The position numbers and the translations under genes were made by a program. Below the pieces are notes generated by a model. The model did not search any database. It worked only from the letters and a program-made list of their open reading frames with translations, and was not told the origin of the DNA. Of a stretch of DNA of 64,000 nucleotides, positions 54,613 to 63,974 are shown piece after piece (within the stretch, counting starts at the first letter, position 1; each line of letters opens with the position of its first letter). Origin of the DNA: Elusimicrobiota bacterium (GTDB taxonomy: Bacteria; Elusimicrobiota; Elusimicrobia; UBA1565; UBA9628); assembly GCA_038211115.1 (NCBI GenBank), contig JBBQVX010000001.1, positions 19,900-83,899 on the forward strand, given 5' to 3'.

Positions 54613-56331
54613 ATGACAAACAAGCGCGACGGCCAGGTCTCGGCCTGGATTCACTCGAATGTGATTCCAATGGCTGTTTTCATGATCATATGTACTCTCA
54701 TTCCTCACAAGTCGAGTGCCTCGACGACAAACACTTTCGACGTCTTGGTCGCGACTGGGAGCTTAACCGTCTCGGGGCCGGCTACGTTTAATGGCGACTC
54801 GATGAGCGTCGGCGCCTCGACCCTCGTCGTCAGTCATGGATGGGTCGGAATCGGCACGACGACGCCGCTGGGCATAGTCCATGTCGTGCAGAACAACCCC
54901 GGAACACACCACAATATAGAGTTATTGATGTGGCATCGAAACGTGGAATCGAGTCTGTTATTCGGACTGCGTCAGTTTGATTACTGGGATTTCTACAACG
55001 TGGGAGACCGGTCAGTAGCCCTGGGCGGCGTAGGAAGTCTGATCCGCGGCTCGGACTCCGGCATTATCGGCGGCCAGTTCAACTTCAATTACGGAAACTC
55101 TTCTTTTATCGGTGGCGGCTTCAACCACACTATCGATAGCCCGACCTTTTCGGCGAGCGGCACCGCGATTGTCGGGGGCGGCGACGGCCTGGCCACCGGC
55201 GACGGGTCTTTCATCGGCGGAGGGTCATTCAACACGGTCGATCGCACGGGCTCGGCGGTCATCGGCGGTGAGAACAATATCGCGATAGGGACGGGGTCGG
55301 TGGTGGTCGGTGGCTTGAATAATTTCGCCTCGGGCCACTATTCCACGATTCTGGGTGGGATTGGGAATATCGCAGCCGGCAATTACTCCCTTGCGGGCGG
55401 GAATTTCGCTCATGCTGCCGGCAGAGGTTCTTTCGTATGGGCGGATTCGCAAACCACCGAATTCCTCTCCAGCATAAACGATGAGTTCAAGATTCGAGCA
55501 CAAGGTGGATTCGTTCTCTATAGCGCAAACAGCTCGCCGACGGTCATTGTTTCTAGCGGCGCAATCATGATTTCCACGAGCGCGACCGGCGCGTCCGCAA
55601 TGCCCAATTTATTTATCTCATCCAGCAACGGCAATGTCGGTTTGGGAACGAAGTTTCCGGCGACCATTTTGGACGTAAACGGCTCTGCGCAGTTCGGCGC
55701 CGGAGCTACGAAAAGCAGCTTCACGACGACGGGCAGTCTTGCTCTGGCCAGCGGCGCTTCGATTACGGGCGCCAGCGCGACATTCTCCGCTTCCGGTTCG
55801 AACGTCTACAGTCTGACCTCCTCCAGCGGAATTCACATTTTGGCGGGCGGGCTGACGTGGCCCGATGGAACCACCAGCGTGACCGCCGCAGGAGGAGGCG
55901 GGACCGTCGTCCAATCCACTACGGTCTATATAGATACGGACAAAAGCATAAATAGCGATATCTGGAACCCCTGTTTCACGAACAGCACTGCGACGTTAAC
56001 CGGCGTTACATCCTCGTGCGTCTTAATCCTCGCCAGCGGCTCATGGATTCTCGACTCTGCGGGTTATAACTACGGCCTCGCTCTCATTGTTAACGGCGCG
56101 CTGGTGGCGGGGACCGATGCGAGCAAACGTTCCCACGGTCAAGTGTGGGCATGCCCTCCCGGCGGCGGATACAGTTGGCCGTTCAACATCGCGGAACGAG
56201 TCTGCGGCCTGAACTCCAGCACCGTAACCGTCTGCCTGGCCGGCTCGGCCGAAAACAGCGCCAAGCTGGCGGGCACCATCGGTTCGCACACGGCGCGCAA
56301 CCCGACGCTTTCGATTATTGAGATAAAATAA
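54613..56331 (+). CDS. Surface protein with tail-fibre/YadA-head-like Gly-rich repeats, Ser/Thr-rich, low GC
   Basis: N-terminal signal anchor VIPMAVFMIICTLI. Two G.VG[IL]GT..P motifs (GWVGIGTTTP, GNVGLGTKFP). About ten repeats of roughly 14 residues of the type GG.N.A.G..S.V.GG. Confidence 0.75.
   Translation: MTNKRDGQVSAWIHSNVIPMAVFMIICTLIPHKSSASTTNTFDVLVATGSLTVSGPATFNGDSMSVGASTLVVSHGWVGIGTTTPLGIVHVVQNNPGTHHNIELLMWHRNVESSLLFGLRQFDYWDFYNVGDRSVALGGVGSLIRGSDSGIIGGQFNFNYGNSSFIGGGFNHTIDSPTFSASGTAIVGGGDGLATGDGSFIGGGSFNTVDRTGSAVIGGENNIAIGTGSVVVGGLNNFASGHYSTILGGIGNIAAGNYSLAGGNFAHAAGRGSFVWADSQTTEFLSSINDEFKIRAQGGFVLYSANSSPTVIVSSGAIMISTSATGASAMPNLFISSSNGNVGLGTKFPATILDVNGSAQFGAGATKSSFTTTGSLALASGASITGASATFSASGSNVYSLTSSSGIHILAGGLTWPDGTTSVTAAGGGGTVVQSTTVYIDTDKSINSDIWNPCFTNSTATLTGVTSSCVLILASGSWILDSAGYNYGLALIVNGALVAGTDASKRSHGQVWACPPGGGYSWPFNIAERVCGLNSSTVTVCLAGSAENSAKLAGTIGSHTARNPTLSIIEIK
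55010..55445 (+). repeat. Coding tandem array of ~14-residue Gly-rich repeats (about ten copies)
   Basis: SVALGGVGSLIRGSDSGIIGGQFNFNYGNSSFIGGGFN...AVIGGENNIAIGTGSVVVGGLNNFASGHYSTILGGIGNIAAGNYSLAGGNFAHAAGRGS. Confidence 0.7.
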
Positions 56332-56377
56332 GAGGGGTCAGTCCGGTTTAGAGCCGTTTTCTCGTCGAGAGTCGCCA

Positions 56378-56406
56378 TTGCGCCCATCTCGGACGAATGG
56401 TATAAT
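56378..56406 (+). promoter_or_regulatory. Sigma70-like promoter TTGCGC-N17-(TGg)TATAAT, 7 nt before ATG 56414
   Basis: TTGCGC at 56378-56383, a 17-nt spacer, TGgTATAAT ending at 56406, and the ATG at 56414. Confidence 0.55.
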
Positions 56407-56413
56407 CAGGGTA

Positions 56414-57331
56414 ATGAGCGCCACCATTTACCCGTCGCACCTCCAGATCGAGACCGTCAACGGCCTCTGCGACGCCCGTTGCACAATGTGCGTCATCTTC
56501 GACGACGGCCGCCCGAAGGAGATCATGTCCTTCGACCTCTTCAAGAAGGTCGGCGACCGCTTCGCCCCCTACGTCAAGCACTTCAAGTTCGTCACGCTCC
56601 ACGGCTGCGGCGAGCCCCTGCTCGACAAGACCATCTTCGAGAAGGTGAAGTACATGAAGGACCTCGGCTTCAAAGGGGTCGGCTTTTCCTCCAACTGCCA
56701 GAAGCTCTCCGAGGATAAGTCCGTCAAGCTCCTCGACGCCGGCATGGACACCCTGATCGCCTCGATCGACGGCGCCACGAAGGCGACCCACGAGGGCATC
56801 CGCAAGCGGACCAATTTCGAGACCGTCGTCGGCAACGTCGAGAACTACATCCGCCTGCGCAACGAGCGCGGCGCGAAGGGCCGCGTCATCGTGCGCTTCA
56901 TCCGCCAGACGGTCAACGCGCACGAGTGGCCCGCCTACAAGGCCTTCTGGGAAGCCCGCATCGACAAGAGCAAGGGCGACGCCGTCGTGAAGTTCGACGT
57001 GCACAACTGCGGCTCGCGCATCCGCGAGTACGAGAACATGAAGATCGCGGACGCGGAAGTCGTGGAGCCCTGCATCGACATGTGGGAGCGGATCATCGTG
57101 TTCTGCTCGGGCGCCTACGCGTTCTGCTCCGCCGACCAGAGCGGCTACTTCGACCTCGGCAACGCGGTCGACAAGGACCCCGTCGAGGTCTTCAACAACG
57201 AGACGTTCACGCGCTACCGCGAGCGCATGCTCGCCAACGACTGGCAGGCGCTCGACCATTGCCGCACCTGCACCATCCCCCTGTCCCGCATGAATAAGGA
57301 CAAGGTGCAGGACGCCCCCGTCGCCGCGTAG
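56414..57331 (+). CDS. Radical SAM protein with a SPASM/twitch-like Cys-rich C-terminus
   Basis: CDARCTMC (Cx3Cx2C), GCGEPLL, and C-terminal cysteines CIDMW..IVFCSGAYAFCSAD...HCRTC. I prefer ATG 56414 because the track's TTG 56378 coincides with a -35 box. Confidence 0.8.
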   Translation: MSATIYPSHLQIETVNGLCDARCTMCVIFDDGRPKEIMSFDLFKKVGDRFAPYVKHFKFVTLHGCGEPLLDKTIFEKVKYMKDLGFKGVGFSSNCQKLSEDKSVKLLDAGMDTLIASIDGATKATHEGIRKRTNFETVVGNVENYIRLRNERGAKGRVIVRFIRQTVNAHEWPAYKAFWEARIDKSKGDAVVKFDVHNCGSRIREYENMKIADAEVVEPCIDMWERIIVFCSGAYAFCSADQSGYFDLGNAVDKDPVEVFNNETFTRYRERMLANDWQALDHCRTCTIPLSRMNKDKVQDAPVAA

Positions 57332-57338
57332 ACGGGAC

Positions 57339-58658
57339 GTGCCCAGCGACAAGCGCGTTCTCCATTTAACTCCCCACCTGGGAGGCGGCGTGGGTCAGGT
57401 CCTCGGCGGAATCGCCCGCGCCTCGGCCGGGACCGGCTGGCGCCACGAGTTCATCCTTCTCGATGAGCCCGGCGAGGAGTCCCGCCGGAACATCGCGGCG
57501 TTCGGCCTCGAGGTCCACGCGCTAAACGCCTTGGCGGAACGCGCCGCGGGCGCCGACGTCGTCCAGCTCGAGTGGTGGAACCATCCGCTGCTCGGACGCT
57601 TTCTCGGGGAAACACCGCTTCCGCCGTGCCGGCTGCTCGTCTACTCCCACATCTCGGGCTTTCACCACCCGAACATCATCCCGAGGAGCATCGTCGATTA
57701 CGCGGACAAGTTCGTCGCGTCGACGGCGTACACGCTGCGGGAGCTGCCGGTGCTCAAGGAGGTCGACGCGAGCAAGCTGGCCGCGGTGCACTCGTGCGCC
57801 GGCCTCGCGCGCGTTTCGGGCGTGAAGAAGGAGGCCCACGAGGGCTTCGTCGTCGGCTACGTGGGCGCCCTGGATTTCGGCAAGCTGCACCCGGACTTCG
57901 TCGCGATGACGGCCGCCGCGAAGATCACAGGCGTCCGCTTCGACGTCTACGGCGCCGGCGAGGACGCCGGAAAGCTCGCGGAGCAGGTCGGGAAAGCGGG
58001 CGTCTCCGATCGTGTCCGGTTGCGCGGCTACGCCGCGGACGTCGCCCCGGTCTACGCGGGGATGGACGTCCTCGGCTATCCGTTAAACCCGCGGCACTAT
58101 GGCACGGGCGAGCAGGTGCTCATCGAGGCGATGGGCGCGGGCGTGCCGGCCGTCGTGCTCGACAACGGGCCCGAGCGTGAGCTCGTCCGCGACGGCGTCA
58201 ACGGCCTGGTCGCCAAGACTCCGCGCGAGTACACAGCCGCGCTCGAGCGCCTGGCCGAAGACCCCGCCTTGCGCGAGAGGCTCGGGCGCGGCGCCAAGGA
58301 GCGCGCGAAGGCCGACTTCTCGATTGAGACGATCGTGGGCCGGTTCGAGGGCCTGTACGCGGAGCTCCTGCGCGAGCCGAAGCGCGAACGGCCGCTGGCC
58401 GGGCGCCGGTACCCCGCCTCGCCGGGCCTGGCCGCCTTCCTGAACTCGCTCGGCGACGGCGCCGGGCACTACCTAGACAGCGCCTTCTCGAACGACGCCG
58501 CGGCCGTCCAGGCGGCGGACCGCCGTATCGCCCGGGAAAACGTAAACTATACCGGCGGCGCGAAGGGGACCGTGTTCCAGTACCGGAAGTACTTCCCCGA
58601 AGACCCGGTGCTGGCCCGCTGGTGCGACATGATCCTGCGGGAAAAGAGCGTCATCTAG
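57339..58658 (+). CDS. Glycosyltransferase family 4 with a C-terminal extension
   Basis: YGTGEQVLIEAMGAGVPAVVLDNGPERELVRDGVNGLV (the E-x7-E region). GTG start. Confidence 0.8.
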   Translation: MPSDKRVLHLTPHLGGGVGQVLGGIARASAGTGWRHEFILLDEPGEESRRNIAAFGLEVHALNALAERAAGADVVQLEWWNHPLLGRFLGETPLPPCRLLVYSHISGFHHPNIIPRSIVDYADKFVASTAYTLRELPVLKEVDASKLAAVHSCAGLARVSGVKKEAHEGFVVGYVGALDFGKLHPDFVAMTAAAKITGVRFDVYGAGEDAGKLAEQVGKAGVSDRVRLRGYAADVAPVYAGMDVLGYPLNPRHYGTGEQVLIEAMGAGVPAVVLDNGPERELVRDGVNGLVAKTPREYTAALERLAEDPALRERLGRGAKERAKADFSIETIVGRFEGLYAELLREPKRERPLAGRRYPASPGLAAFLNSLGDGAGHYLDSAFSNDAAAVQAADRRIARENVNYTGGAKGTVFQYRKYFPEDPVLARWCDMILREKSVI

Positions 58659-58672
58659 TTTTGGGAGACAGC

Positions 58673-59389
58673 ATGGACGAGAAACGCAACGACCAATTCA
58701 TCGAGACGATGGGCAAGGACGCGGAGCTCAAGGACCTGTCCCACAAGTGGATCAACAAGACGGCCGTCCACGAGTACGGCTACCACTTCCGGTGGATGGG
58801 GCGCCCGATCATCCAGCTCCCGCAGGACATCATCGCGATGCAGGAGCTCATCTGGGAGATCAAGCCCGACCTCATCATCGAGACCGGCATCGCCCATGGC
58901 GGCTCGCTGATCTTCTCCGCCTCCATGCTCGAGCTGATCGGCGGCGAGGGCATGGTCCTTGGCCTCGACATCGAGATCCGCAAGCACAACCTCGACGAGA
59001 TCCTGAAGCACCCGATGGCGAAAAGGATCACGATGCTCGAGGGCTCGAGCATCGACCCGAAGATCGCCGACCAGGTGCGGGCGCACGCGAAGGGCAAGAA
59101 GCGCGTGCTCGTCTGCCTCGACTCGAACCACACGCACGACCACGTGCTACGAGAGCTCGAGCTGTACGCCCCGCTCGTCACGAAAGGCAGCTACTGCGTC
59201 GTCTTCGACACGATCGTCGAGGACGCGCCCGCGGGCAACCGCGAGCGGCCGTGGGGCAAGGGCAACAACCCGAAGACCGCCGTGCACGCGTATCTGAAGA
59301 CCACGGATCTCTTCGAGATCGACAAGCGCATCGAGAACAAGCTCGTGCTCACCGTCTGCCCGGACGGCTACCTCAAGCGAGTCAAATGA
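58673..59389 (+). CDS. CmcI/cephalosporin-hydroxylase-family (sugar O-)methyltransferase
   Basis: YHFRWMGRPIIQLPQDIIAMQELIWEIKPDLIIETGIAHGGSLIF. GGGAGA lies 4 nt upstream of the ATG. Confidence 0.8.
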   Translation: MDEKRNDQFIETMGKDAELKDLSHKWINKTAVHEYGYHFRWMGRPIIQLPQDIIAMQELIWEIKPDLIIETGIAHGGSLIFSASMLELIGGEGMVLGLDIEIRKHNLDEILKHPMAKRITMLEGSSIDPKIADQVRAHAKGKKRVLVCLDSNHTHDHVLRELELYAPLVTKGSYCVVFDTIVEDAPAGNRERPWGKGNNPKTAVHAYLKTTDLFEIDKRIENKLVLTVCPDGYLKRVK

Positions 59390-60324
59390 GCGAGATCGTC
59401 CCTCACGGGGTGATGTTTCATCATTTCCACGGCGGGGCGCATCCTGCCGGGCAGGGCTCGATGTCCGCCCAGGATCTGGAGGCCATGATCGAGCACATGG
59501 GCCGGAAGAACATCATCCCCGCGCGCGAGTGGATGGAGCGCGCGATGCTCGGCCGCCTGCGCCCCGGCGAACTGTGCCTGACCTTCGACGACGGCCTGCG
59601 GTGCCAGTGGGACGTCGCGTATCCGGTCATGAAGGCGCTGGGGCTCGACGCGTTCTGGTTCGTCTACACCTCCCCGCTCGAAGGAAAGATCGAGAGCCTC
59701 GAGCTTTACCGTTACTTCCGCACGGTGAAGTATCCCGACGTCGGGGACTTCTACCGCGCCTTCGACGCCGCGGCGGCCGCAGGCCCGCACGCCAAAGCCG
59801 TCGCGGAGGCGCTCGCGGGCTTCGACCCCGCGGCCTATCTCAAGGATTTCTCGTTTTATACCGACGCGGACCGGCGCTTCCGCTTCACCCGGGACCAGAC
59901 GCTCGGCCCCGCGCGCTACAACGAGGTCATGGACGCGATGATCACCGCCGCGGGCTTCTCGACCAAGGGCCTCGCCGCGAAGCTGTGGATCGACGACAAG
60001 GTCGTCAAGCGCCTGCACGCCGAGGGCCATGTGATCGGCCTGCACTCGCACACGCATCCGACCCAGCTGTGCGCGCTGCCCCCCGCCGAGCAGGAGCGCG
60101 AGTACCGTCTCAATTCGATCCACCTCGCGCGCGTCATCGGCAAGGCGCCGACGGCGATGTCGCACCCGTGCAACTCCTACGACGCCGGCACGCTCGACTT
60201 CCTGAAGGGCTTCGGCCTCGACTTCGGCTTCCGCGCGAATATGGCGATGGCCGACGCGCACGGGCCGCTCGAGCACCCGCGCGAGGACCACGCCAACGTC
60301 CTGAAGGCGATGAGGCCCTCGTGA
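59386..60324 (+). CDS. Polysaccharide deacetylase (NodB homology) family protein
   Basis: LTFDDGLRCQWD and GLHSHTHP. Confidence 0.8.
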   Translation: MSEIVPHGVMFHHFHGGAHPAGQGSMSAQDLEAMIEHMGRKNIIPAREWMERAMLGRLRPGELCLTFDDGLRCQWDVAYPVMKALGLDAFWFVYTSPLEGKIESLELYRYFRTVKYPDVGDFYRAFDAAAAAGPHAKAVAEALAGFDPAAYLKDFSFYTDADRRFRFTRDQTLGPARYNEVMDAMITAAGFSTKGLAAKLWIDDKVVKRLHAEGHVIGLHSHTHPTQLCALPPAEQEREYRLNSIHLARVIGKAPTAMSHPCNSYDAGTLDFLKGFGLDFGFRANMAMADAHGPLEHPREDHANVLKAMRPS

Positions 60325-61121
60325 AGATCGCGGTGTTCACGAGCAACCAGCCCCGCCACTTGGCGCTGATCGAGCGTCTGGCCAAAGTCGCCGAGGTCGT
60401 CGCGACCGTCGAGAGCAACACCGTCTTCCCGGGCGAGGTTCCCGACTTCTACGGCAAGTCCGAGGTCATGAAGGCCTATTTCACGCGCGTGATCGCGGCC
60501 GAGACGAAGGTCTTCGGCCGCCCCCGCTACCTGCCGTCGGGCGCCAAGATCATGCCGCTCAAGATGGGCGACCTCAACCGCCTCGAGCCCGCGGCGCTGG
60601 CGCCCGCGCTCGACGCGGACGCGTTCGTCGTGTTCGGCGCGAGCTACATCAAGGGCGCGCTGTGCGACGCCCTCGTTTCGCGCGGCGCCTACAACATCCA
60701 CATGGGGCTTTCGCCGTACTACCGCGGCAGCGGCTGCAACTTCTGGGCGCTGTCGGACGGGAGGCCCGACCTCGTGGGCGCGACGGTCCATCTGCTGACC
60801 AAGGGCCTCGACTCCGGCCCCATGATCTTTCACGCTGTGCCCGCGGCCGTCCAAATGGACGGCTTCGAGCTCGGGATGCGCGCGGTCGAGGCCGCTCATC
60901 AGGGCCTCGCGGCGCGCCTCGCCGACGGCAGCCTGAAGGCGGCGAAGCCCGCCGTCCAGGACAAGGCCCTCGAGAAGCGCTCGTCGCGCTACGCCGATTT
61001 TACCGACGAGGCCGCCGCGGACTACCTCAAGCGCGAGATTCCCCCGGCCGAGATCGCCCGCGCGCTGAAAGCGCGCGACGAGAAGGCCCTGCTGCGCCCG
61101 TTCATCGGGAAGGAGAACTAA
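60321..61121 (+). CDS. Formyltransferase-fold protein, second copy
   Basis: YNIHMGLSPYYRGSGCNFWAL and GATVHLLTKGLDSGPMIF (Asn-His...Asp). GTGA overlap. Confidence 0.7.
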   Translation: MKIAVFTSNQPRHLALIERLAKVAEVVATVESNTVFPGEVPDFYGKSEVMKAYFTRVIAAETKVFGRPRYLPSGAKIMPLKMGDLNRLEPAALAPALDADAFVVFGASYIKGALCDALVSRGAYNIHMGLSPYYRGSGCNFWALSDGRPDLVGATVHLLTKGLDSGPMIFHAVPAAVQMDGFELGMRAVEAAHQGLAARLADGSLKAAKPAVQDKALEKRSSRYADFTDEAAADYLKREIPPAEIARALKARDEKALLRPFIGKEN

Positions 61122-62011
61122 TGGCTACGGAAGTCGCGATCGGCTGGAAGGATTTTTTCGACGTCAGCGTCTGCGCCGGCCTGCGCTATAAGCTGGACCT
61201 GATCATCGGCCGCGTCGTGCGCCAGGCCCTCGGCGTCTACGACCTGCTGCAGGAAGGCGTGCGCACCGCCCACGTCGGCGCGCTCTCCCCCGAGGCGGTC
61301 GAGAAGTACCGGCTGCTCTGCGAGAACAAGCCCGACGACTACATCGACGCCCGCCAGGTGCCGTTCACCGCTGACGAGATCGCGAACCCGACCGAATGGC
61401 AGAGCTACGGCGCCCAGCTGCTGCTCGAGACCCTCGAGGACAAGTCGCTCGGCATCCGCTCGGCGCTGAACGTCGGCGGCTACAACGACAAGCACTTCAG
61501 CTACATGGCCCGGAAGTTCCCGGAGATGAAGTTCTGCTCCGTCGACTTCATGAGCGAGGCCAAGATGACGGTCTTCAACCGCCTGCTCCCGCAGAGCCCC
61601 AACTGGACGCTCAAGAGCGGCTACGCGCTCGACCTGCTGAAGAAGGGCGAGACGGACGCAGACCTCGTGTTCTTCGCGTCGACGTCGCTCCTGTTCAACA
61701 ACGAGGAGCTCGACCTCTACATCGCCGAGATGGCCAAGCGCTCGAAGGTCGTCGTGATCAACGAGGGCTGGGGCGTCGTCTCGACGGGCAACCGGCTCGG
61801 CTCTCTGCCGCTGCTGCCGAAGGTGATCCGCCCCGAGGACATCCCCGAGAACGAGCCCGTGGTGCGGTCGATGGCGGGGGTGTACTTCTTCTACGCGCAC
61901 AACTACCCCGCGAAGTTCGAGAAGCACGGCTTTACGGTGCGGCTGTCGCGCATCCGGCCGAGCGGCAACCCGGGCCTGTACCTCTACCAGCTCGTCGCGG
62001 TCAAGAAGTAG
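61121..62011 (+). CDS. Hypothetical protein, possibly a methyltransferase-like fold
   Basis: ALNVGGYNDKHF...CSVDF resembles a degenerate SAM motif I/II. The ATG overlaps the upstream TAA by 1 nt. Confidence 0.5.
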   Translation: MATEVAIGWKDFFDVSVCAGLRYKLDLIIGRVVRQALGVYDLLQEGVRTAHVGALSPEAVEKYRLLCENKPDDYIDARQVPFTADEIANPTEWQSYGAQLLLETLEDKSLGIRSALNVGGYNDKHFSYMARKFPEMKFCSVDFMSEAKMTVFNRLLPQSPNWTLKSGYALDLLKKGETDADLVFFASTSLLFNNEELDLYIAEMAKRSKVVVINEGWGVVSTGNRLGSLPLLPKVIRPEDIPENEPVVRSMAGVYFFYAHNYPAKFEKHGFTVRLSRIRPSGNPGLYLYQLVAVKK

Positions 62012-62014
62012 GCG

Positions 62015-62959
62015 TCAGGACGGGTCGTAGATCTCGGCGATGAGCTTCATCGTCTCGACGGACTGATCGAGCGTGACCGACGGCGACGGGCGGCCCTGCG
62101 CCGCCGCGACGGCCGCCTCCGCCTGGGCGAGGAAGCCCGGCTTGAAGTCCTTGTCGCACGCGTGAATCTCGACGGCGACGGCCGGAGAGCCGAGCTCCTG
62201 GCGCGTCAGTTGCTCGAGCGGGCGCATCTCCCAGCGCTTGGCGCCCGCGGAGACCGCGCACGTCCACGGACCGGGCGCGCGCCACACGGCCTCGTAGAGG
62301 CCTTCGTCGCCGGAGTCGAACTCGAGGCGCGCGAGCACGAACTCGGGACGCGCGGGATCGTACTTCGCGAGGCGCTCGACGCGGACGACCTTGCCGCGTG
62401 CAAACAGGCGGAAGTAGTCGATCAGGTGGAGGGAGTTCGCATACATCCAGTTCTCGGCGATCGGCTTCGCGACGCCGGCCGCGAGGACCCTGTCCATGTT
62501 CTGCTGGTCCTGGACGCGGACGAAGCGCCGTCCCTCGGTCGCGCCGAGCTCGGCGGCGGCGGACGCGGTCGACGAGTAGAACGAGCGGTTGTGCGCGACG
62601 AGGGCGCGACGGCCGGCCTTCGCGGCCGCGGCCTGGAGCGCCCTCGACTCCTTGAGGTCGAGGCCGGCGGGCTTCTCGAACAGCACGGTCCACGGATGAC
62701 GAAAGCACGCGAGGCCGATCTCGAGCATCGAGGTCTCGTTGACCGTGACGACGACGAGGTCCGCCTTCGTCTTCGCGTACAGCTCGTCCACTGAATCGCA
62801 AATGAGGGGAATCCCGCGCTCGGCCGCGAGCGCCTCGGCGCGGGAGCGCGTGCGGCTGAAGATGCCGGAGAGCTTGACGCCGGAAATCGCGGCGAAAGCC
62901 TTCGCGTGCTCCTTGGCGGTGTAGCCCGCGCCGATCAGCGCGACGGAGCAGCCGCTCAT
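62015..62959 (-). CDS. Gfo/Idh/MocA-family oxidoreductase
   Basis: VALIGAGYTAKEH and LFEKPAG. Confidence 0.85.
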   Translation of the reverse strand: MSGCSVALIGAGYTAKEHAKAFAAISGVKLSGIFSRTRSRAEALAAERGIPLICDSVDELYAKTKADLVVVTVNETSMLEIGLACFRHPWTVLFEKPAGLDLKESRALQAAAAKAGRRALVAHNRSFYSSTASAAAELGATEGRRFVRVQDQQNMDRVLAAGVAKPIAENWMYANSLHLIDYFRLFARGKVVRVERLAKYDPARPEFVLARLEFDSGDEGLYEAVWRAPGPWTCAVSAGAKRWEMRPLEQLTRQELGSPAVAVEIHACDKDFKPGFLAQAEAAVAAAQGRPSPSVTLDQSVETMKLIAEIYDPS

Positions 62960-63969
62960 GCGAAGGTAAAGCGGCGCTCGAGCGACGCGGCCTCGTCGGA
63001 CACGGCGACGGTCGCATGGCCGTTCTCGTGAGAGCGGTACGCGGCCGCGACGACGGCGACCGCGGAGCGGCCATCCTCGCCGGTCGGGACCTCACGGCCG
63101 GAGATCAGCGCCTCGAGCACGGAGCGCGACGGCGCGAGCGCGTCGGCCGGCGCGACGGGGACGACGCGCGTCGCGGACGGCATGCCGTAGCGCGTCGTGG
63201 GCAGCGCGCGGTGCTCGGCAACGCGGCCGAGGACCTCGATGCGGCCCGCGAGCTCGTCGGCGACGAGCACGCCGTGGCGGCCCGCGTAGATCACGCGCAC
63301 GCCGTGGCCCTGGTCGGAGCCCATCTCCATGTACAGGCGGCGGCCCGACGGGTTCTCGACGCGGATCTGGCCCGCGCCGTCGTCGAACTGGGGCCCGCGC
63401 GGGTTCGGAACGCGGTCCTTCGAGAGCCACGCGGCGACGGTCGCCGGCTTCTCGCCGGTCAGCCAGCGGAACATCTCGAAGTAATGGGAGCCGTTCATCG
63501 CGAGGCCGAAGTTCCCGGAGACGACCGTGACGCTCGCGAGCGCGCCGATCTCGTCGGCGGCGATGAGCTCCTTGACCTTGACGTACTGCTCCATGTAGCG
63601 CATCTGGTGGTTGACGGCCAGGCGCGTCCCGCTCGCCGCGCACGCGGCGATCATCGCGTCGCACTCGGTCAGCGAGGCCGCGAGCGGCTTCTCGCACAGG
63701 ACGGCCTTCGCGCCGGCCTCGGCGGCGAGGATGGTCAGGGGGCCGTGGCCCGGGGCCGTCGTCGCGACGATCACGCACTCGGGGCGGGCGGCCTTGAGCA
63801 TCGCGGCGGGATCGGTGAAGCGGAGCTCCGGGGCGGCCCCGAGCTCGCCGGCCTTGGCCAGGGCCTCGGGGCGGGCGTCGCACACGCCGGCCAAGGGAAG
63901 GCCGAGCGTCTTCACGTTCTGGAGGTGGCGCAGACCCATCGCGCCGAGGCCGATCACCGCTGTCCGCAT
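62956..63969 (-). CDS. Gfo/Idh/MocA-family oxidoreductase
   Basis: MRTAVIGLGAMGLRHL and LCEKPLA. Confidence 0.85.
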   Translation of the reverse strand: MRTAVIGLGAMGLRHLQNVKTLGLPLAGVCDARPEALAKAGELGAAPELRFTDPAAMLKAARPECVIVATTAPGHGPLTILAAEAGAKAVLCEKPLAASLTECDAMIAACAASGTRLAVNHQMRYMEQYVKVKELIAADEIGALASVTVVSGNFGLAMNGSHYFEMFRWLTGEKPATVAAWLSKDRVPNPRGPQFDDGAGQIRVENPSGRRLYMEMGSDQGHGVRVIYAGRHGVLVADELAGRIEVLGRVAEHRALPTTRYGMPSATRVVPVAPADALAPSRSVLEALISGREVPTGEDGRSAVAVVAAAYRSHENGHATVAVSDEAASLERRFTFA

Positions 63970-63974
63970 GGCTT

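Noticed and set aside
53420-56400. The low-GC island as a prophage remnant, IS element or integrative element
   Set aside because: I could identify no integrase, transposase, terminal inverted repeats, flanking direct repeats or tRNA attachment site. Only the compositional anomaly and the tail-fibre-like protein point to foreign origin.
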